A stretch of DNA of 63,865 nucleotides, filler included, from Reticulomyxa filosa (GCA_000512085.1; 22 parts of 22 records of this genome joined end to end with filler, not necessarily neighbours in it), one strand, 5' to 3'; shown: positions 37,169 through 51,339, counted from the whole stretch's first letter. The notes: a model not told the origin generated them from the sequence alone. Made by a program: numbers and translations.

Positions 37169-38905
37169 CAAACACAACCGTTGCAACAAAAAGATATCGA
37201 GATATTAGAATCGTATCGCAACTTGTTTGAATGGTTGCAATTGAATGTGTTCCTACGCTTCAACGACCGGTTCTTGGCGCAGAAGCTGGGGATGGGCCAA
37301 GACCTGTTCGAGCGATGGATCGCATTGAAGGGCAACGAGGCGATGGCGTCAAACATGTATATGAATCTGAATCAAATCAAGCTGGTGGTGGAGGGCTTGT
37401 ATCAGACGTTTGGGAAAGAGTGTCACGATATCATCGCACAGCTAGGAGCCAATGATGTTACAAAGACTCAGATCCCTTCTTCGAAGCTGGAGCAGCAACA
37501 ACAACAATTGCTGCTGTACCAAAACGCATTGCAGTCCATCGAGCAGATCCGCAAACATTGTTTGAACAAGGAGTTGTGGTACTCGTACTGCAGTCAATTG
37601 GACAGACTCGAGCCGGGATGCATCGTGGATATCAACATAGACAAGCTCGACTCGCAATGGGACTTGACTGATGTCCACGAGGACATTGCTTCCATCAAAT
37701 ACTCAGTTCGTGCCAAGGTGTTATCCGTCGCAAACACAGATAAACATGTCCCTCATTCGAGAGAGGCTCAAGTGCAGTTTGACAACTCGCAAGCGCCTAC
37801 ACATGTGCGTGTTCATCCTTTTGTGATGAGAGTAGTGCCCTCCACTCTTCTCGACCCTTCTCTCACCACTATTCTCAATACCACCATGTTTCGCAATCCC
37901 TCCACGTCTGCTCATCCCTTGGCATTGCTCCCCAATTCACATCTCTTTCAAACCCAAGCTCAAGCTCAAACCCAAGCTCAAACCCAAGTCCAAAGTCAAC
38001 CACACTCCAATGACTTAAATAACACAAAGTTGCATTACGAGTTAAACGACGCGCAATTTGACAGTGCGAAAACAAAAGCAGAAAGTGCAAATGCAAACAG
38101 TGCGAATAAGAAAGACAATACAACTCCGAAAGACACAAAGAACAGACAAACGTATACACAAAGACAGTGTCAAAACGAAGCGTGCGCGGAGTAAAAAAGC
38201 ACAGACAAACTCGACGTCCACCGAAGGAACCACCCAACCGGATATAAAATCCGAACACGACAAAACCAAAAGCGCAAAGTCCAAGCCGAATGACAAGACC
38301 CCTGCTCATGGAAATGGCAAACCCGTCTCCAACACAGCAAAGGCTGCCTCGGCATCCGCATCGATACAGGAAAAGAAGTCTGGTAACACTGTCCCTAGTC
38401 GACGAGGGAAAAAAAGAAACTTTACACAGATCGACCCGAAACATAACGCACCGGAAAGCAATTCCAACAAACGAAGGAAGGTCACTTCTTCTTCTTCTCG
38501 TCACGCCAACTCGGTGGATGAAGATCGCAATGAGTCCTTGTGTCGAGTGTGTCGACTAGGAGGCAGTCTGTTGTGCTGCGAGGGCTGTCCTGCTGTTTTT
38601 CATTACCGCTGCTTGCGTCCAAAACCCAACAAAAAATTAATTGAAAAACTTGACGAATGGTTCTGTCCGTCATGTGCACCCTCCAAACAAAAAATACCTC
38701 TTCGCTTCAAACACACTGCAAAAAAATGGCCAAAGAATCAACAACCAACACTCTCTCAACTCAATGTAAACACATACACATCTTTATACATATATTTTTT
38801 TTTGGAATGCCCCCACTGCTTGGATTTTTAACTTTCTATACATAGGACTTTCTAGAGAAACATCCTGAATTAGAACGAGACTTTAGTCCTGAACCTGTTG
38901 TCTAA
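37169..38905 (+). CDS. PHD-finger chromatin protein, 5'-partial
   Basis: NESLCRVCRLGGSLLCCEGCPAVFHYRCL...WFCPSC (C4HC3) and basic NLS-like KRRK. One frame change at ~38140-38168. Intron ~38766-38845; the last exon DFLEKHPELERDFSPEPVV* ends at 38905. Confidence 0.85.
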
Positions 38906-39099
38906 ATGTGTAACGTCTTTTTTCTCTTTTTTTTAATACGATATTTAAATGAAATTCTCTTTTTTAAATAACCGTTGTTTCATATTGCTTGCGATCTTTT
39001 CAATCCTCGTGTATTGTTTCATGTGAGTTTGTTTTTTCCTTGTTTTCTTCCATGGACCGCTTGTTACTTTTTTTTCCACAACCTTACTGTTTGTGTGCC

Positions 39100-39670
39100 T
39101 AAAAAAATTGGCTCAAAAAGAATTCACTGCAATAAGCTTTAATTGAAAAATCACTCATGTGTGACGCTCTATTACAAAAAGCCGACTGATCCGCGCTGAT
39201 AATAGAAAAATAGAAAGCACAAAAAATTACCAACTCTGACAACCATTAGAAAAAAGTTAGGAGTCAATTTTTTACAGCGATTACTGATTCCAAGAACTTC
39301 TGTACACGAGACTACTATAAAAAATTGACAAAAAAAAAGATTGTTCTTGCAATTGATTGGCTGCAAGGCATATATTAAGGCTTGACTGTTCACTATCTGT
39401 ACTAGTTGAATCCTTTACATTTTGTTTGTTAATAGTGTCAAACAACGAGGAGGGAAAATTAGACAACAAAAAAATATATGAACAACGCGAAACATTTTTA
39501 TTTTGTTGACGAATTGAAGATACTCAAACTTGACGGTCACTTCACTACAAAATTCTTTCCAACAACTGGGAATTTGTCTCAACAAAAAACTCTTTTGATT
39601 ACTTAAGTCCACATAACTGCAAGATAATGTAAATGCGAACATCTCAATTGTGTTGAGTTGGCCACAACTG
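39100..39670 (+). mobile_element. Possible heavily decayed Tc1-like remnant
   Basis: The end GTTGGCCACAACTG|TA reads TA|CAGTTGTGGCCAA on the minus strand, a Tc1-like terminus. Weak peptides TIRKKLG and SVKQRGG. The left end was not found. Confidence 0.35.
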
Positions 39671-40434
39671 TATTTTTAGTCAATAACATTTTTGACAATA
39701 TCTACCACTTTGGAAAAAACTGCAAGAAGGATAAATAGTAATTTATATAGTAATTAAGTGTGCATACTTATTCAATTTAAGATAAAACTTGAAAAGCAAA
39801 AACTGTACGAAACAAAACAAAAAATTGCTATGATTTTTAAAAAATTGTTGAATTTTTTGCTTCAAGTTTTAACTTTACACTATCAATCAAAAGAGAATAA
39901 TTTGTAATCTTTTCATATTAATTTATAATTGATATACAATGTTTACTTTCTTAAAACAATTTTGTAACTAATTATTCAAATCTTTAAATCCTTTTACTAA
40001 TTCAATACTAAATGAGTAAATTCTATTTATATCATTTAATTGTTTTTGCTTTTTCTTCAATTAACAAATTTCTTTCAATGATCGATAGATTATTATATTC
40101 TTACATGCATTCTGTATATTTTGAAATTGCTTATATAGTTATCGTTTTAATAATATCTTTTTCGAAAGTTATTCAATAATTTTCTGTTGTATTGGTTTTT
40201 GTTTTTCATATATTTCTTCAAAATTTGTTTGTACATTATTTTATAATCATATTTAAACATATTTTTTATATTATCACAAATAAAATAAATAATAAAATTT
40301 TAATCTGAAACTGATAATCAAGTATTTTTTTTAANNNNNNNNNNNNNNNNNNNNNNNNNNNNNNNNNNNNNNNNNNNNTTAATTAATTAANNNNNNNNNN
40401 NNNNNNNNNNNNNNNNNNNNNNNNNNNNNNNNNN

Positions 40435-40518
40435 TCTAAATGTTGATTTTTCATTGAGAAAATCAATTATCATCATAGTATATCGTTTTAGGCGTTCAGT
40501 TTTCTTTGCAACCTACTG
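40435..40518 (-). mobile_element. MITE-family terminus ...TTGCAACCTACTG|TA
   Basis: The last 39 nt are identical to the reverse complement of 7104-7142. Confidence 0.7.
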
Positions 40519-40689
40519 TAGCTACCTGAACATAACTTGTTTCGTTTTAAAGAACTAATGTTTTATGCTTGAAAACAGAGATATATATGTTTAAGAAAAG
40601 ACAAAATAAAAATGATAATTAATCAATCACATAAGTGAAATAATACTTTCATTTTTGTCTTGCATAAGAACTTAAAAAATAGTTTTAGT

Positions 40690-41310
40690 CACATTACCAA
40701 ATTTGAATCATACCGTTAGAAGAAACTGACACAAATTGACTTCCATCTGAAAAAATATCTATACACGACACTATGTCGTTAATTTCTATGTTTTATTCTT
40801 GATTACCTAATTACCTAATTTTATGTCCCACAGGCGAATAGTTTTATCACTTGAGCAAGACAAAATGGAAAATATTTTACATCATTAATAACATCTGGAT
40901 GTTTCACTTCTTTTCCTGATTCAACATCCAATATTCGAATTATGTTATGTAATGAAGATGAGACAATATATTGACATCTGGAGAAAATCTTGAGTCTTTC
41001 GCCTGTTTTTACATTCCAAAAATTGTTCAATTTTCGCCAGATGGTCAAATGGTCGTATCAACATCTGTGAATGCAATCACTTTCTATGCGATCTAAATTA
41101 TCAGTTAACTTTTGTATCATATTTATAGCATTTACATCACATAATTTTATTATGCCATCAAATGATGAAAATTTTGTAAATCGATGAAGTCGTTATATCC
41201 TCTGAAATTCCGAATTTCTCTCTCTGATTGCACATTCCATATTTGAATTGTTCTAAAGTCTGTCGATGTAACAATCATATTACCATCCATTGAAAATCCA
41301 ATACAATACA
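40690..41310 (-). pseudogene. WD40-repeat pseudogene
   Basis: Fragments FSMDGNMIV..IQIWNVQS, FWNVKTGE and IVSSSLHNIIRILDVESGKEV, with frameshifts. Confidence 0.65.
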
Positions 41311-41921
41311 AAAGTGGAAGAAAAAAATAAAAAAATAAAACTAAAGAAACAATGAATGGAATTATTATAATTTTTGAATATTTTTACTGGGAAAGCATAA
41401 TAGAAATTTTTAAAGCAAAAATTTGAGTAAAAAAGACTTTCTATTTTAAAAAAAGTAAATTATCTCGCATATGTAAATCGACTTGTCAATTATGAATCTC
41501 GATACATGATCATTTGATAAAAAAATTTGTTTTTGAGATATTCGATCAAATAAATATTAGAAAGTAACATGTCTTACATTTATTGAATTGAAAAAAAAAG
41601 TAAATAATAACGAACGAAAATCAAATAGTGGTGGTTGCGTTAATTTATGTTTGGTTTTTTTTAGTGAAAAGACATTGACAAAAGTTTGTTTTAATTTTCA
41701 TTTCAATTCATTCAATCTAAAATTTGTTATTAAGTCTTTATTGAAGAAAAAGACTCATTGAAGTGTAACTTGAGCCATGTTGACAAAAATATTTACTGTT
41801 CTTTTTTTGGGATTTGTTATCTTCTTTCCATTTACTAAGCCTTTTCATCTTTGAGAATTCACATACACTATTTTGATTGAACCATTTTTGAACTTTCTTT
41901 TCAATTCTTCTCTTCGAAATA

Positions 41922-42040
41922 CAGTATATTGCAAAAAAAACTACCATACCTAAATGGCACTATATGAAGAGAATCGATTTTCTCCATGAAAAATAAAGAT
42001 TTAAACCTAATTTTTTTTTTATTGTAAAAAAAATATCTAA
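41922..42040 (+). mobile_element. MITE-family copy TA|CAGTATATTGCAAAAAAAACT...
   Basis: Continues CCTAAATGGCACTATATGAAGAGAATCGATTTTCTCCATGAAAAAT, the reverse-complement homologue of the 26880-26925 and 15600-15680 copies. A short variant sits at 31325-31351. Confidence 0.6.
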
Positions 42041-43924
42041 TTTATGTGATCCAATCTTTTAAAAAGATTAGTTTGCTATCACAACCTAATAACGAAAAAT
42101 CAAAATTATATTTAAAAGCATGATTTACAAAATCTTAACTGTACTTCTTTACAATTTATTTCATCTACTATATTTCATAATAATTTTATCAAAATCATCG
42201 ACCCATACTAACTTTATCTTTAAAGTTCGAATCCAATATTGAGTAATAAATTTTATTTCATTTTTTTTATTTTTGTTTTCTTCGTTCATTTTACTTATCA
42301 ATGAAAGGAATGTAAGACAATTTATTATCAAGGTTTGTTGCCTTCGAGAATCTACTTAACTCAAAAATATCTGTTTACGTGTCCCCTGCGGACAAGCCTG
42401 TGTTTTCCACCTCTTCATCTATGTACAAACAAATTGATTTTAAATAAACAAATTATCGCCTCAAATCTAGAGAAATAAAGTGAAATATTGCTTTTGCTAT
42501 CGTCATGTTTTGTTGCACTTGTCATAATAGCTATCTGCTCGCTGTTACCAGAACTTTTGTTTAAAGTATTTTTTTTACAATCAAAGAGGTGCTCGTCCTG
42601 TATAAAGAAAAGACAAAATAGACTTTTTAAAGCATTCCAAATAAATATAATAATGATTTTTTAAATAAGCTATAGATTGCGATATTAATTTANNNNNNNN
42701 NNNNNNNNNNNNNNNNNNNNNNNNNNNNNNNNNNNNTTAATTAATTAANNNNNNNNNNNNNNNNNNNNNNNNNNNNNNNNNNNNNNNNNNNNTAAGATTT
42801 TGTCAAAAAAGTGTTGATCGAAATATGAAGACTCAAGTCAACCAGAAAAAAGGCATTTGAAAAACTTGCGGGGAAAAAAGAAATTAAAAAATATTTACTT
42901 GGTGAGATGAGTCATAAAACAATTGAACAAAAAAGTGAAAAAAAAAAAATAAACTAGAAGTGAGGTCAATTTTATTTTTTTAAAAAAACACTAGATCAAA
43001 TGTGTGTCAAAGTCAAATCATGGGCATCAAACAGGGAAATAAAATCCCGTTGAAGAGTTGGATGCAAAGAAAGAAAAATGAAAGCGACATTACCAGCACA
43101 ACACAATTATTTGATGATCCTGAACAACCAATTACTACTTGTTTGTGTGACCTTTTTCACATTAACACTCTTGAGTTTGTTTGTCTTCCTTTTCATTTGC
43201 TACACTCGATGAGGGTTGAGATTTTTTCAACATTTGCAATGAACACATGCAGCAAGTTTTTTATTTTGTTTTAGCTCGTTGGCGTCCCTGTTAAAATGCA
43301 ATGCTCTTGAAACAGTTGTTTTTAAATTTTTAAAATAATCTTAATCTCAAAAAATCCAACGAAACTATCATAAATATAAATTCTCTTTTCTTTAAATGAA
43401 AATTTTATTTGCATAGCTAAGACTTTTTTTGATGTCAAATCTTATTCCGACTAAACGACAAAAGATTTAATGAATAGTTAACAATTTCTTTTTTGCTTGA
43501 TTTCTTTCCTCACAGGATATTTTAAAGCACAACTTAGGATAAACAAATAAAAATTTAAGATTAAACATATCATTACTTTAACTCACATTCAAATACGACA
43601 TTTTTTCTTTGATGGACTTTTATTTATCATGTTAAGAAAAAGGAAGACATATAACTTTTGAGTACTAATGAAAAATTTGTTTTGAAATTTTTTTTGTTAT
43701 ACTCAACACTGCAACTATTTGTTGAACAGCATTTCAAACTTGTCAATGTTGTATATGTGGTATGTTGTTGAAATTTCCAACTATACAGTAACTTGAATAA
43801 ATTAACACCACAAAAAAAAGAATTNNNNNNNNNNNNNNNNNNNNNNNNNNNNNNNNNNNNNNNNNNNNTTAATTAATTAANNNNNNNNNNNNNNNNNNNN
43901 NNNNNNNNNNNNNNNNNNNNNNNN

Positions 43925-45562
43925 AATAGCAATAGCAATAGCAATAGCAATAGCAATAGCAATAATAATAACAACAATAGCAATAATAACACTAACAACA
44001 ATAACAACAATGCAAATGAGCCAAGTAACAAAAAAGACGCGTCAAAAAGTAGCTTCGATGTGTTTTACGAGGCTTCGGACATGGCATTTGTGATGGGGAA
44101 GGGATACGACAAGATCATTGGCTTCCACGACGCCAAATTGTTACTGAGCAATTATCGCGAATGGAATGTGGACCAAATCAGCGCTGCCGACTTGGCGATT
44201 CCCTATTTGCAAGGCAAGTCTGTCCGACAGCTCAAGTCATTCATGGAAAACGAACACGCTTTCGACGCCAATGTCAGACATGTGTTTCTGTACGGCCGCA
44301 ATTTGCACCAAGTCAATACATCCAGTTATGTGCTCCATAATGATCAGCATATCGACATGAATTGTGATCATGATCCCCGTTCAATAGCAACAGTAACAAC
44401 AACAACAACAACAGCAATAGCGACAGCGTTGCCATTGCCATTGCCATTGCCATTGCCATTGCCATTATCAGCATTGGCACCTATTCAGATTAACACTCAA
44501 GGCACTGCAATGCACCTCCATCGAATGGACAATGGCAAGAGAAGTAATAACAATAGTCCCAGTGTGGGCAGTCCTCAGGGCCAACGTATAACCAAAGCTA
44601 AGCGTAGACACAGCTACTCGCACTCCAGTCCGCGAGATGGATACGACCATTCCAATATGTCTCCGACAATGGGTGCTAATCTGTCCTCGCGTGACCATTT
44701 CAAAGTACGTGCTGCTGGCATTGGTCTGGTTGTTGTTGATAGATCCTTGTCCCCATCTCCTCCTCCTCCTCCTCCTCCTCTTTCTCTTCCTATTGCTACT
44801 GCCATTGGTAATGCTACTTCTATTCCTTCATTACATCCCAATGAAAAAACGTCCCCGCAGCTACTGCCCAAAGCACACGGCATAAACAAAACTCAGGGAT
44901 TAGACAAACTATCCCTATCCCGCAGAAGTGATCGTCCGCTGGCACCTTTGACGCTTGACTTGAACATGCGCAATGCGCTGCCTCCGCAACGGCGCACATC
45001 TTCGCCAGCTTCGCCGATCGTCGTCCGCGAAGACAGGTCTACTAAGTCCAGTGCCAACAACAGTCGTGCCAACGAGGAGAGATGGAGGATCACCGTCTCC
45101 GACATGCCCATCATCGCCACATCTCTTGACCGCGACGACATGGCTGCGACGACGAATAGCATCACCCCACTCGACGACGATAATGATGACGGCAATGGCA
45201 ATGCAAAACAAAATGCTTCTTCTTCTTCTTCTTCTTCTTCTTCTCATCAGGCCTCGCTCAATTCCTCGAAGCTCAAACCGCAAAGCTTGGCACCCGTCCA
45301 CGTTAACACCAAAACTCGATCCATGTATCGCAGCGGGAGTTACACCGAGTGGACGCAGCTGCACGACAGAACACCTCCTGGTGTTGACGACGACAATGAT
45401 GAACAGGGCGATCCATTCCGTCGTGCCGACAATTCCAAAATGGCCTTTTTGGCAGTCGCCAACGCAAAACAGCAAACCAAAACTCAGTCCAACAATGAAC
45501 AGAATAAGAAAAAATACAAAAAGAAAAAATCACATAAAAAGCACAGCCATACAAATAATAAC

Positions 45563-45593
<31 letters not shown>

Positions 45594-46560
45594 TAAATAA
45601 AAATGCTGCAAGACATAATAAAAATACGTATACTAATCAAGCATGATGGCTCCACGAGCGGAACTGTCTGTGCAAGAACCAGTGTCTCAGACGTCTTCGT
45701 TTCACATGTCGGAAGTGGACTTTAGTAAAACGACGAGACTTGATAGCGAGAGTGTAACCCAACGGTCTGTGCACCCGGCGTTTTTAGTGGATGAAAATGC
45801 GGATTTGGAAGACAGTGAGGAAGAGCAAAAGCGAGCAAAGGGCAATGATGCTGGTGAGGACGAAAACCGTTTGGGTGGATCGAATCGCAATGTCCCTAGT
45901 TATGGAAGTGACGACGAAAACGATGATGGACATGGTGGTGATAGTGACAATGATGCAGAAAGCGAAGGGGAAAGTGATAGTGGAAATAACAATGACAATG
46001 AAAGTGAAAGTGGAAGTGGAAACGAACATGAAAGGAATAACAGTGGGACAGCGTCGTTGGACACTATTGGAACGGCGACAGAAGCAAACATTCGCCAGGA
46101 AATTAGCATTGCTGAAAAAACCAATCGACAAAGACCAAAGTCAATGAACAAAAGAAATAATAATGATCCCGAAACGCCCTACCAAAAACGACGACAAATC
46201 AAAGATTTCGAGTTAGAAGAACAAGGGCATACATCTACGCTTTCTGCCACTCTCTCCACTATTATTAACCACAATGACAATGACACGGATCGTGATCATG
46301 AGGACATTACCCCAACTGCCACTTCCAAAACGCGTACTACGCCAACATTAAAACCAACTCAATTCCAGCACGACAATGAAAATAACAACGCAAAAACAAG
46401 GACAAAAGGGAAAGCAAACGCAAATTCAACTACTAAAGCTTGGGAAGCGATGGATGAACAGCAACGCATGAAAATTTTGTTGAATTTGTATCACACACCT
46501 AATGTCAGTAACGACATATCTCCAAAATGGAATTGGGATGATGCTCATCTCCAAGAATAA
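43925..46560 (+). CDS. Large low-complexity/disordered protein, 5'-partial
   Basis: Open frame from the contig start to 45646, then a second frame 45643-46560. Contains (NS)n, (LP)n, poly-P/S/N and acidic tracts. The join needs a 1-nt indel or a tiny intron. Confidence 0.65.
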
Positions 46561-47228
46561 AATAAAACAAATTTAATTTGAAAGAAAATAATAGAGAATG
46601 GAAACGGGTACTATACAGTGAGATTTATGTTTAATATTTTTTTTTCTATGTCCTTTTTTTCTAAAACTGAGCGGAAGAAACAAATGGGATAGAAGAAGGG
46701 GGGATAAGTACGGAAGAAAACAAACAATACATAAACGATATTTTTGGGTTTGCATTTGTTTTTTGTTGATTTTTTCTTCCTATTTTTATTTGTTTATTTT
46801 TTATATGCTTTATTTCTTGATTTTTTTTTTTCTTTCGTTGGTGTGTTATGTACTTTTTTGTATTGATTGGTTGTTTACACTGACAAAACATTAAGCTGCT
46901 TTCACTCTTAGCCATTTTTTCGACATCATTCAAAAAAGTTTGTAATCGAAATAGGCTATGATCAAAAGAATTAATATTCTGGTGTCTCTGTACTAAACTA
47001 ATGAGTCAAAAACATGAAAACTTGTGTTTAAGTTTTGTTATGTACATGCCAGAATCTTGTCATTGCTAAACTTTTTCAAAATAGTATAGAAACACTAATG
47101 CTATTCACAAAAATAGTAGGTGATCGACAAACCGTAATAAAATAAAAATAGAAAAGAAGCACAATTAAAACTAGAAATTTTTGAAAATGGACGCAATTGA
47201 AATTTTTCAGAAGGTAAAAGAAAAAAAA

Positions 47229-49084
47229 TCATGGTGTTGCAATCCATTTTGTCAAGTCGAAGGGAGGCCTAAATTCGCACCATTGTTTATGAAATGGCCA
47301 AATTCCGTAGGATGTGTTTTTGATTTCACATTCATAATGTGTGTACAGTTTAGGCTCGTCTTTTTTTGGGTCTCTTTGTTTCCATTCATTCCATTGCGCA
47401 TATAATTGATTATCTAAAACAACAAATTTCTGTCCTCTTGGTATGCTCTTCGCGTAGGGTAAGTTGACATTGTGATTTTGTAAAATGATGACATGTCGAT
47501 GGTTGTTGGAATCGTATGGAAATTCGGGCAGAAAATATCCACATCCCCATTCCATTTGCATTGAAACAATGAATCTCGACCAAGTGCTTGCAATTGTTGC
47601 TTGGAAATATGTAGCTAAAGTGTGCATTTGCAAGGTACTTAACACAGATAGCACTAACGACTCACCACTTTGACTTTGATTCCATGTGCGTGGGTTTCCA
47701 GAGCCTTTGTCACGAAAACACCCTCCACACTTTTTTTTAATGGCATTATTTATTTATTTATTTTGTCAGAAATACATACCTGGCATGGAGTCAAATTCAT
47801 TGCGAATGATGATCCATTCGGCATTTTTTTCATAGAGGGCTGGTGTATCTAACTCTTCGAAAACTCTTTTATCTTCACTGGTAATAATGAGATAGCGCAA
47901 CGACGGGTTACAACACGTACGAATCCATTCGGCAATTTCTAAATGCTCCTCCAAACTAAAGCAATCCATTTCTCCGTGGACAAACTGTTTACGTGTGTTA
48001 TCAAACCTTGTACACTTATCGGAATGGCGAATTGGAATGCTCATCGCATTTGCAGGATCGAAATTTGCAGGAAACGAGTGTATCATCGCCGTTCTTACGT
48101 ATCGTTCAGTCTGTTGTTGGTAGATTTCAATCCCCGGAAAACACGGCACGTACAATATCCATGCATGCAAACAAAAAAAAGGTATATCCTTACATACATG
48201 TAATGTACATATATGTATATAGCGTATAACACATAAAAAAAAATGGACATAAAATAAAGCACCCGAGGATTAAATCTCAACAAAAATTGCAAAGCAACCA
48301 TGACCAATTGTTGCCAGTTCCATTTTCTTCCAACAGAAATATGTGGATCAATCGGGAGCAATTGCTTATTCCAAAACGGGACAGTAACGTTATCTCGATG
48401 GATACTCATTTCGGACTTTTCGTTGACGTGTTCTGGATAATTTTGGAATAACTCTGTTAATTGTTGAGTATCAAAATTGCAATGTGTGATGCGCTGAAAA
48501 TAGCAATCCATCCCAAAAGTAGCGTTGTCTACGTGCTGAGAAGGTTCATAGATCCAACGCAATGGCGACTTGTTACGTGGATTATTACTCTCGGAAACGT
48601 AGCGGTTATAACTTATGTAATCGAAATATATCATTGTCTTATTTAATGCAACTGCAGTCAATATATTATGTGCCAACCAAAACCAGTTTTGAACCATTGA
48701 CACCTTTGTGTGTTCAATGTTCGCAACGTTCAATATCCAATAATCTTTCACGTCTGTAGAACATTTTTGAGGAAATTGCTTCTCAAATATTGCTCCTAAT
48801 ATCACTTTGTTGCGACGTTTTATCGTCGGTATTAATAGTGAGTCAGTCAATGTCGAACCATCCATCTCTCGAATAAGTTTACACTCAGTGGGAAAGTGAA
48901 ATAACTGCTCGATAACTGGCTCTACTGGCTTCGTTAATGTCAACAGATACTTGGCTTGACGTTCAGTTTTGTCTTCTGTCAACGGATATTGTTGACTTCG
49001 AATAGAAAGGAATACAAATGTTATTAGTATTATCGACATCATTACCAAAATAAAAGTACGGAATAAGGAACTAAATTGTGGCAT
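47229..49084 (-). CDS. Type II membrane alpha-1,6-fucosyltransferase-like glycosyltransferase (FUT8/GT23-like), 3 exons
   Basis: N-terminal TM anchor after ATG 49084. Motifs SIPIRHSDK (cf. HVRRTDK), LIITSED (cf. YLATDD) and YFQATIASTWSR (cf. FLVCTFSSQVCR). Introns at ~48262-48112 and ~47780-47705; the second joins as MPGSGNPR. Confidence 0.72.
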
Positions 49085-49314
49085 TTTTTTAAATAAAAGA
49101 TTGAGAATTTTATTCAAAAATTCAGAGGGAAGGACAACGCTTTGTTTGTTTTGACTTCAAAGATCAGCACAATTAAACAATAAATAACACAAAAAGGAAG
49201 AATGCCAAGCTCAATGAAAAATGAGCTACTTTATATGAAAAAGATGTATTGGCATGTATATAATTCCAGGGGATTCAACTCTGTGAGAATAATATCGCCA
49301 GTTTTTTGTGTAGA

Positions 49315-51035
49315 TTAACGTATAACACAAGCTGAACCAAATTGAAATAAATTTGCAACAATTTTGAAAACATAACACTGATTAACATAATTTGACGATT
49401 TGAGTTTTCTCCATATTTGATCAAACAAGTTGGCCAAATCTCTTTTGACACAAATAGTTGCGTCTTTCAAGAGCTGAGTGTTATAAAACATGGACGCCTG
49501 TACATTTAGAGTATTACTTTGTTGAGTAGTACAGTATTGTAATCCCAGTTCAGCAAGAAATTCTTTGCCCAACGAGAAATTGTACACGTCATTGTTTACG
49601 GTGTCGTCCATTATTGCCAAATATTTATTATTTTCATCTTCTGTAAAAAAGCGATAAAACGTGTGCAAATTGTGTGTTATGTCTTTCAAAAGTAATTTCT
49701 TCCACATCTGGTCGTCTGTTCTAAGCAAGGCTTCAGTGGCAAATACAATAGCGAACACCTATGACCAAAATAGAAAAAGGTGAAATGGGACATGCATTTT
49801 TTTTTTTACATGAAAGATAGATTGTCCTTGTTTGAAGTCCAATTTTTTTTTTTAAATTAAAAATAAACAAAGACGTAACCCAGCTTTCTTTTCGCAAGTC
49901 ATATAAATTTTCAAAGTATTTTTGGCAAACGCCTTTGCGCAAGTTCCACTCGTCGTTGTGTTCATCAGATCGCTTCTCCAATCCAACACTCGTTACAAAC
50001 GATTGCCAATGTCTATGAATAATGTGATAATAATAGCGAACTAGCTTCCAATCCATTTGGAGTAATCTGGACACTAGCATGGGAATATATTGATAAGGAA
50101 ACGTTTTACAAATCATAAGTTGGATAATGTCAAATCCAAAATAAGTGTTGCAATTGCGAATGAGCGTGATTGTCGATGAAGGAATTGCAGAATGTTCGGA
50201 ACTTGCTTCTGGTTCATTCACGTTGTCGGGGTTGTCCTCACGGCTATTGTCCAATGGAGTCAGTGTATTTTCTACACGACGCGGCCAATTGTTCGCCGCT
50301 AACCCTTGGCACTTCCGCCAAAGGAGTAAGTCCAAGACCAATGGCACCACGTCTAAGCTTTTCGGACCAATTTTTTTTTTTTTTTTTTAAATAAAAAAAA
50401 GGGTAAAATGAAAGAAATAAGTACGTAAGTCATAAAACTGACCATTTTCAATTGTCTCGTGCATGATTTTTTCTAAGATAAATGTTTCGTGTAGTATCAG
50501 CATCAACCGAATGTTTTTGAGTCTGCTCTTGACATTGATAGTGGCCTCCATGTCCGCCTTGTTTGCGATAACCTAATTATACAATCACACACACAACAAA
50601 CTTTCAATGTGATATTTTATGTAGGAAAAAAAGTCGAACCAGACTTACCAAAGCGTACAAATCCGGATTCAACATTAAATAGTACTGTTGCGAAGAGGTT
50701 ATTAAACAATGGCAAATTCGGACAAACACGCGAATAAACCAAGGGTTGGCCCACAAATGATTGTAACATAGCTGCCATTTGACAATAATCGTTGGATTTT
50801 GTAGCATTTTTTCAAGAGTGTATGGCTGGGAACGGCATGCCAATAGAGGCTCAAGGGTACACCATTGATAATGAATACTCGTGTGCGCCACCACGTCCAG
50901 CCATTTTTGGCTGATCCAAATTTGTTCCAGTACATTGTCTGTAGCATTTTCATAAAATACTTGGTGGAATGACCGTAAAATCGTTGAAGCGTCGGTAACT
51001 AGTTGCAACATTTTCCCCCGAGGAATTAAAAACAC
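49315..51035 (-). CDS. Multi-exon hypothetical protein, 3' part
   Basis: Consecutive minus-strand ORFs (50604-51035, ~50430-50570, 49733-50350, 49315-49758) separated by short AT-rich introns. Confidence 0.6.
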
Positions 51036-51115
51036 ATGTACATAAATACGTATACATTAACAACACCTTTTTAAGATATTTTTGAGGAATAACACAAAAT
51101 AAACAAAATATAACC

Positions 51116-51150
<35 letters not shown>

Positions 51151-51339
51151 NNNNNNNNNNNNNNNNNNNNNNNNNNNNNNNNNNNNNNNNNNNNTTAATT
51201 AATTAANNNNNNNNNNNNNNNNNNNNNNNNNNNNNNNNNNNNNNNNNNNNATATATGTATACATATATGTATATATTGTGGAAATACAACACATACACAC
51301 ATAATAACATGCACATTTTGTGTGTAATTTAACATTATT

